From NCBI GenBank assembly GCA_001002325.1, contig LCNZ01000005.1, positions 18,274 through 82,273 on the forward strand: a stretch of 64,000 bases of DNA. Reading direction: 5' to 3'. Below, one piece after another: positions 61,528-64,000 of this stretch. Every line of letters begins with the position of its first letter. The stretch's first letter is position 1. Source of the stretch: Candidatus Amesbacteria bacterium GW2011_GWB1_47_19 (GTDB taxonomy: Bacteria; Patescibacteriota; Microgenomatia; CAZETR01; Amesbacteraceae). Below the pieces are notes generated by a model. The model was not told where the DNA came from, ran no database searches, and saw only the letters and a program-made list of their open reading frames with translations. A program made the position numbers and the translations under genes.

Positions 61528-62991
61528 TCAGAGGGCAAGAGAAACATTGTCATTGACCTTGATCCCATGGGTAGCAATGAAACCGGCGTTGACTTCCAGA
61601 ACCTGGCTTACCGGGACATCAGGTAAAATAATCAGTGGCTGGCCAGAAGTAGCAGACGGCGGTAAAACGTCCGGAGTGAGTCCGACTACCCGGTCTCCGT
61701 TGATCCAGATAAAGTCCAGGGGGAAGATCATATCCTTCATCCAAAACTGATGCAGGCCGGGTTGGGGAAAATTAAAAAGCATACCGTGATCAGGCGAAAG
61801 ATTTTCCCGGTTTGACAAACCGACAGATCTTTCAATTTGAGAATCCGCAATCTCGACCTTTATCAGGGTGTTACCAATAGTTAACAGAGATGCGGTACCA
61901 GTTAACTGGCGGAAAAATCGGCGCAACCGGCCGAGGATATCTTTTCCTGATATTAAGGGAACCGGGGAAACACTGACGACTGGAGCAACAGAAGGAACCG
62001 GCTGGATTGACAGGAGAGGACTTCCCGGTGTTTTGGGGAAAGAGAATATGTCACGGTAAGATGCAGTAGGCTGACCCTGTTTATCCATCAAAGAAAATCC
62101 GGCAAAATCCCCGGCAGCGGCATTTAATAGAAAGGGAGTTATAGCTACAATATTCTTTTCGGTCCATACGGAGGTAAGAGCAGTTGAAAAAAATGACGGA
62201 TCGCCGGGTTTGCCGGTTTCGGTTATAAATACCGGTTTATCCGGGAAACCCAGAGATTTCAAGAAGGACAGCTCATAACGGTAGCTGGTGATGCCGTAGC
62301 GGGAAGTAGAAAATACTGAAGCGGTGTAACCGGGATTGGGATATGCATGAACCGAAAGGCCGTCTAGACTTCCGTACCAGTCAGGTTGAAAAGATGTAAG
62401 CAACCGGTAATATTTTAAGGCGTCAAGGGAAGTATGGTTTGACGGAGCGGACATATCAAGGCCGGAACTGAGAAGAAAATAATCCTCGGAACGGCTTTTG
62501 AAGATTGTATGAGCATCCAGGATAATATTTGAGTATTCCGGAGGAGATACATAACCCCCCCATTCAGCCGCATGATTAGGCTCGTTGAAGAGGATAATAT
62601 AGCGGTTTTTAACCGGCCAGGAAAGGTTATTCAGAAAGTTGGCAAAATCCAACAGATCAGAAGCGGCAGGTGTAACCCACCGGCCAGAACCGGCATAAGT
62701 AGCCAGACGAATAACCGGGATTACGTGCAAAGTCCGGCACTGATTAAAGAAGAGAGACCATTTTTCCAAATCCCGGTCGTCAATACGAATGGGAATTGTG
62801 ACATAGCCCCAATCTCCACCGGAACTGTTTACCAGCTTAGATGCTTCAACTATTTCAGAAGGCTCGAGAATATGAACCCCGATACGATTGTTGGGTACGG
62901 ATAACGGATTATATATTGCTGCCGAAGTGACCGGCCACAAAATTAACACAGAGATATAAACCACGAGAGATAAAAAAATTAATCGCAGCAT
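61528..62991 (-). CDS. Secreted glycoside hydrolase (clan GH-A TIM barrel) fused to C-terminal DUF192 domain
   Basis: ILFNEPNH (acid/base Glu) and FITETG (nucleophile Glu) motifs. C-terminal DHGMLFNF...FWMKDMIFPLDFIWI...VLEVNAGF matches DUF192. Confidence 0.6.
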   Translation of the reverse strand: MLRLIFLSLVVYISVLILWPVTSAAIYNPLSVPNNRIGVHILEPSEIVEASKLVNSSGGDWGYVTIPIRIDDRDLEKWSLFFNQCRTLHVIPVIRLATYAGSGRWVTPAASDLLDFANFLNNLSWPVKNRYIILFNEPNHAAEWGGYVSPPEYSNIILDAHTIFKSRSEDYFLLSSGLDMSAPSNHTSLDALKYYRLLTSFQPDWYGSLDGLSVHAYPNPGYTASVFSTSRYGITSYRYELSFLKSLGFPDKPVFITETGKPGDPSFFSTALTSVWTEKNIVAITPFLLNAAAGDFAGFSLMDKQGQPTASYRDIFSFPKTPGSPLLSIQPVPSVAPVVSVSPVPLISGKDILGRLRRFFRQLTGTASLLTIGNTLIKVEIADSQIERSVGLSNRENLSPDHGMLFNFPQPGLHQFWMKDMIFPLDFIWINGDRVVGLTPDVLPPSATSGQPLIILPDVPVSQVLEVNAGFIATHGIKVNDNVSLAL

Positions 62992-62999
62992 GAGGTTAA

Positions 63000-63500
63000 T
63001 TATACCCGGCAGGGAAGATCGGTTTTGCGGATGTGACAGATGGCCAGTGCCAAGGCGTCGGCCATATCATCGAAGTGGGACTTGGTGCCCTTTTTTTCGC
63101 GGAATTTAAGCAGTTGTTTAACTTTTTTTTTCATCACTTTTTTATCAGCTTTGCCTGATCCCCCAACATAGAGTTTTACCTGCATCGGAGTGTAGTCAAA
63201 TACCGGTAAGCCGTGGTGGTGAATTGCCAGCTTGATAACACCTATTGCCTGGCCGACTGAAATGGCAGTCAGGGCGTTGGTGGCAAAAAATAGCCGTTCG
63301 ATGGAAACCACATCGGGAGAATGTTTGTCAATGATTTCCGAAATACCCCGGTAGATTATATCCAGTCTCTGACCGTGCGGCAATTCCTTGGAGGTGGAGA
63401 CCAGACCGAAATCAAGCAGTGTATAATTTTCACCGCCCAGGTGATCTATGACTCCGAAACCAGTAGTTGCAGTGCCCGGATCAATTCCTAAAATACGCAT
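63000..63500 (-). CDS. ruvC: Holliday junction resolvase RuvC
   Basis: MRILGIDPGTATTGFGVI... with catalytic Asp/Glu positions. 166 aa. Confidence 0.9.
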   Translation of the reverse strand: MRILGIDPGTATTGFGVIDHLGGENYTLLDFGLVSTSKELPHGQRLDIIYRGISEIIDKHSPDVVSIERLFFATNALTAISVGQAIGVIKLAIHHHGLPVFDYTPMQVKLYVGGSGKADKKVMKKKVKQLLKFREKKGTKSHFDDMADALALAICHIRKTDLPCRV

Positions 63501-63540
63501 ATATCAGGTTTATATACCCATTTAGATTAATATAGTAATT

Positions 63541-64000
63541 ATGAGAAAGCTAGTGATACTTCTGGTAATTGCGTTGGGAGTAGTGATGATTTTATGGAAA
63601 AGTGATATGTCACGGGAAACGGAATTTGTTGCAATATCCCCTACCCCTAATAAAGAGACTGAAGTAAAAGTCACTATAGATATATATGAAGCAGGTGACA
63701 AGGCAATAACTCTGGTTCCCAATTTTCAGGAAAAATTAAAAATCAGCGAACTAGTAGCAAAGCACGGTTGTGTAGCCGGCATAAATGGCGGTTTTTATGA
63801 CACAGACAACCAACCGTTGGGTTGGATGGCGGCCGGAGGAAAAATAATTTCCGGGGAAAAATCCAGCAATTTATTTAACGGATTTTTATGGCAAGAAAAA
63901 CAACCGGAAGTGCACATTTCGCGTGATTTACCCCTGAGGGATGTATTGTGGGGTCTCCAATCGGGTCCGCTAATAATGGAATCAGGCAGAGCGTTGACAT
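63541..64000 (+). CDS. partial CDS (runs off window end): TM-anchored phosphodiester-glycosidase-like protein
   Basis: MRKLVILLVIALGVVMIL...AGINGGFYDTDNQPLGWMAAGG. No stop before 64000. Confidence 0.4.
   Translation, partial: MRKLVILLVIALGVVMILWKSDMSRETEFVAISPTPNKETEVKVTIDIYEAGDKAITLVPNFQEKLKISELVAKHGCVAGINGGFYDTDNQPLGWMAAGGKIISGEKSSNLFNGFLWQEKQPEVHISRDLPLRDVLWGLQSGPLIMESGRALT

Noticed and set aside
63522-63722. ORF 63522-63722 (-)
   Set aside because: It is antisense to the plus-strand partial gene starting at 63541, which has a credible TM N-terminus and a conserved AGINGGFY motif.

Overview
The window is gene-dense and mostly housekeeping. Its character is consistent with a small-genome, CPR/Patescibacteria-like bacterium using the standard genetic code, because thrS, uvrA and uvrB read through without recoding. 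That inference rests on short proteins, a trigger factor that lacks a PPIase domain, many type IV pilin-like genes, sortase and dockerin-type surface proteins, and numerous GIY-YIG mini-genes.

Recognisable content:
- Housekeeping genes: thrS, nfo, a Fic protein, tig, cyclophilin, SAM-methyltransferase, and a complete nucleotide-excision-repair/SOS block (uvrC, transglutaminase-like gene, uvrA, small Cys-rich ORF, uvrB, divergent lexA).
- A glycolytic block: gpmI, two convergent enolase genes, ppsA, and a fused phosphohexomutase plus PGI/PMI gene.
- Redox and membrane genes: CcdA with a thioredoxin partner, secG, DedA, rsmI, ruvC, and three NUDIX genes plus one NUDIX relic.
- A minor-pilin/vWA operon and a cohesin-like/dockerin-like surface-protein cluster.
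- 14 tRNA genes.
- No rRNA and no CRISPR array was seen.

The most unusual structure is a recurring mosaic: a GIY-YIG mini-ORF of 72 to 96 aa sits immediately beside an intact tRNA gene, with a duplicated fragment of that same tRNA on its other side. The fragment ends exactly at an inserted palindrome. The palindrome is CCTGCCTG(C/T)CGGCAGGCAGG in three copies, always after ...TGGCAGA of the D-arm, and CCCCGCCATGGCGGGG in one copy. This looks like a tRNA-gene-targeting selfish or homing element family; I do not recognise it as a described system.

Coordinates of RNA genes, repeats and adjusted CDS starts were counted by hand from the sequence and could be off by a few nucleotides.
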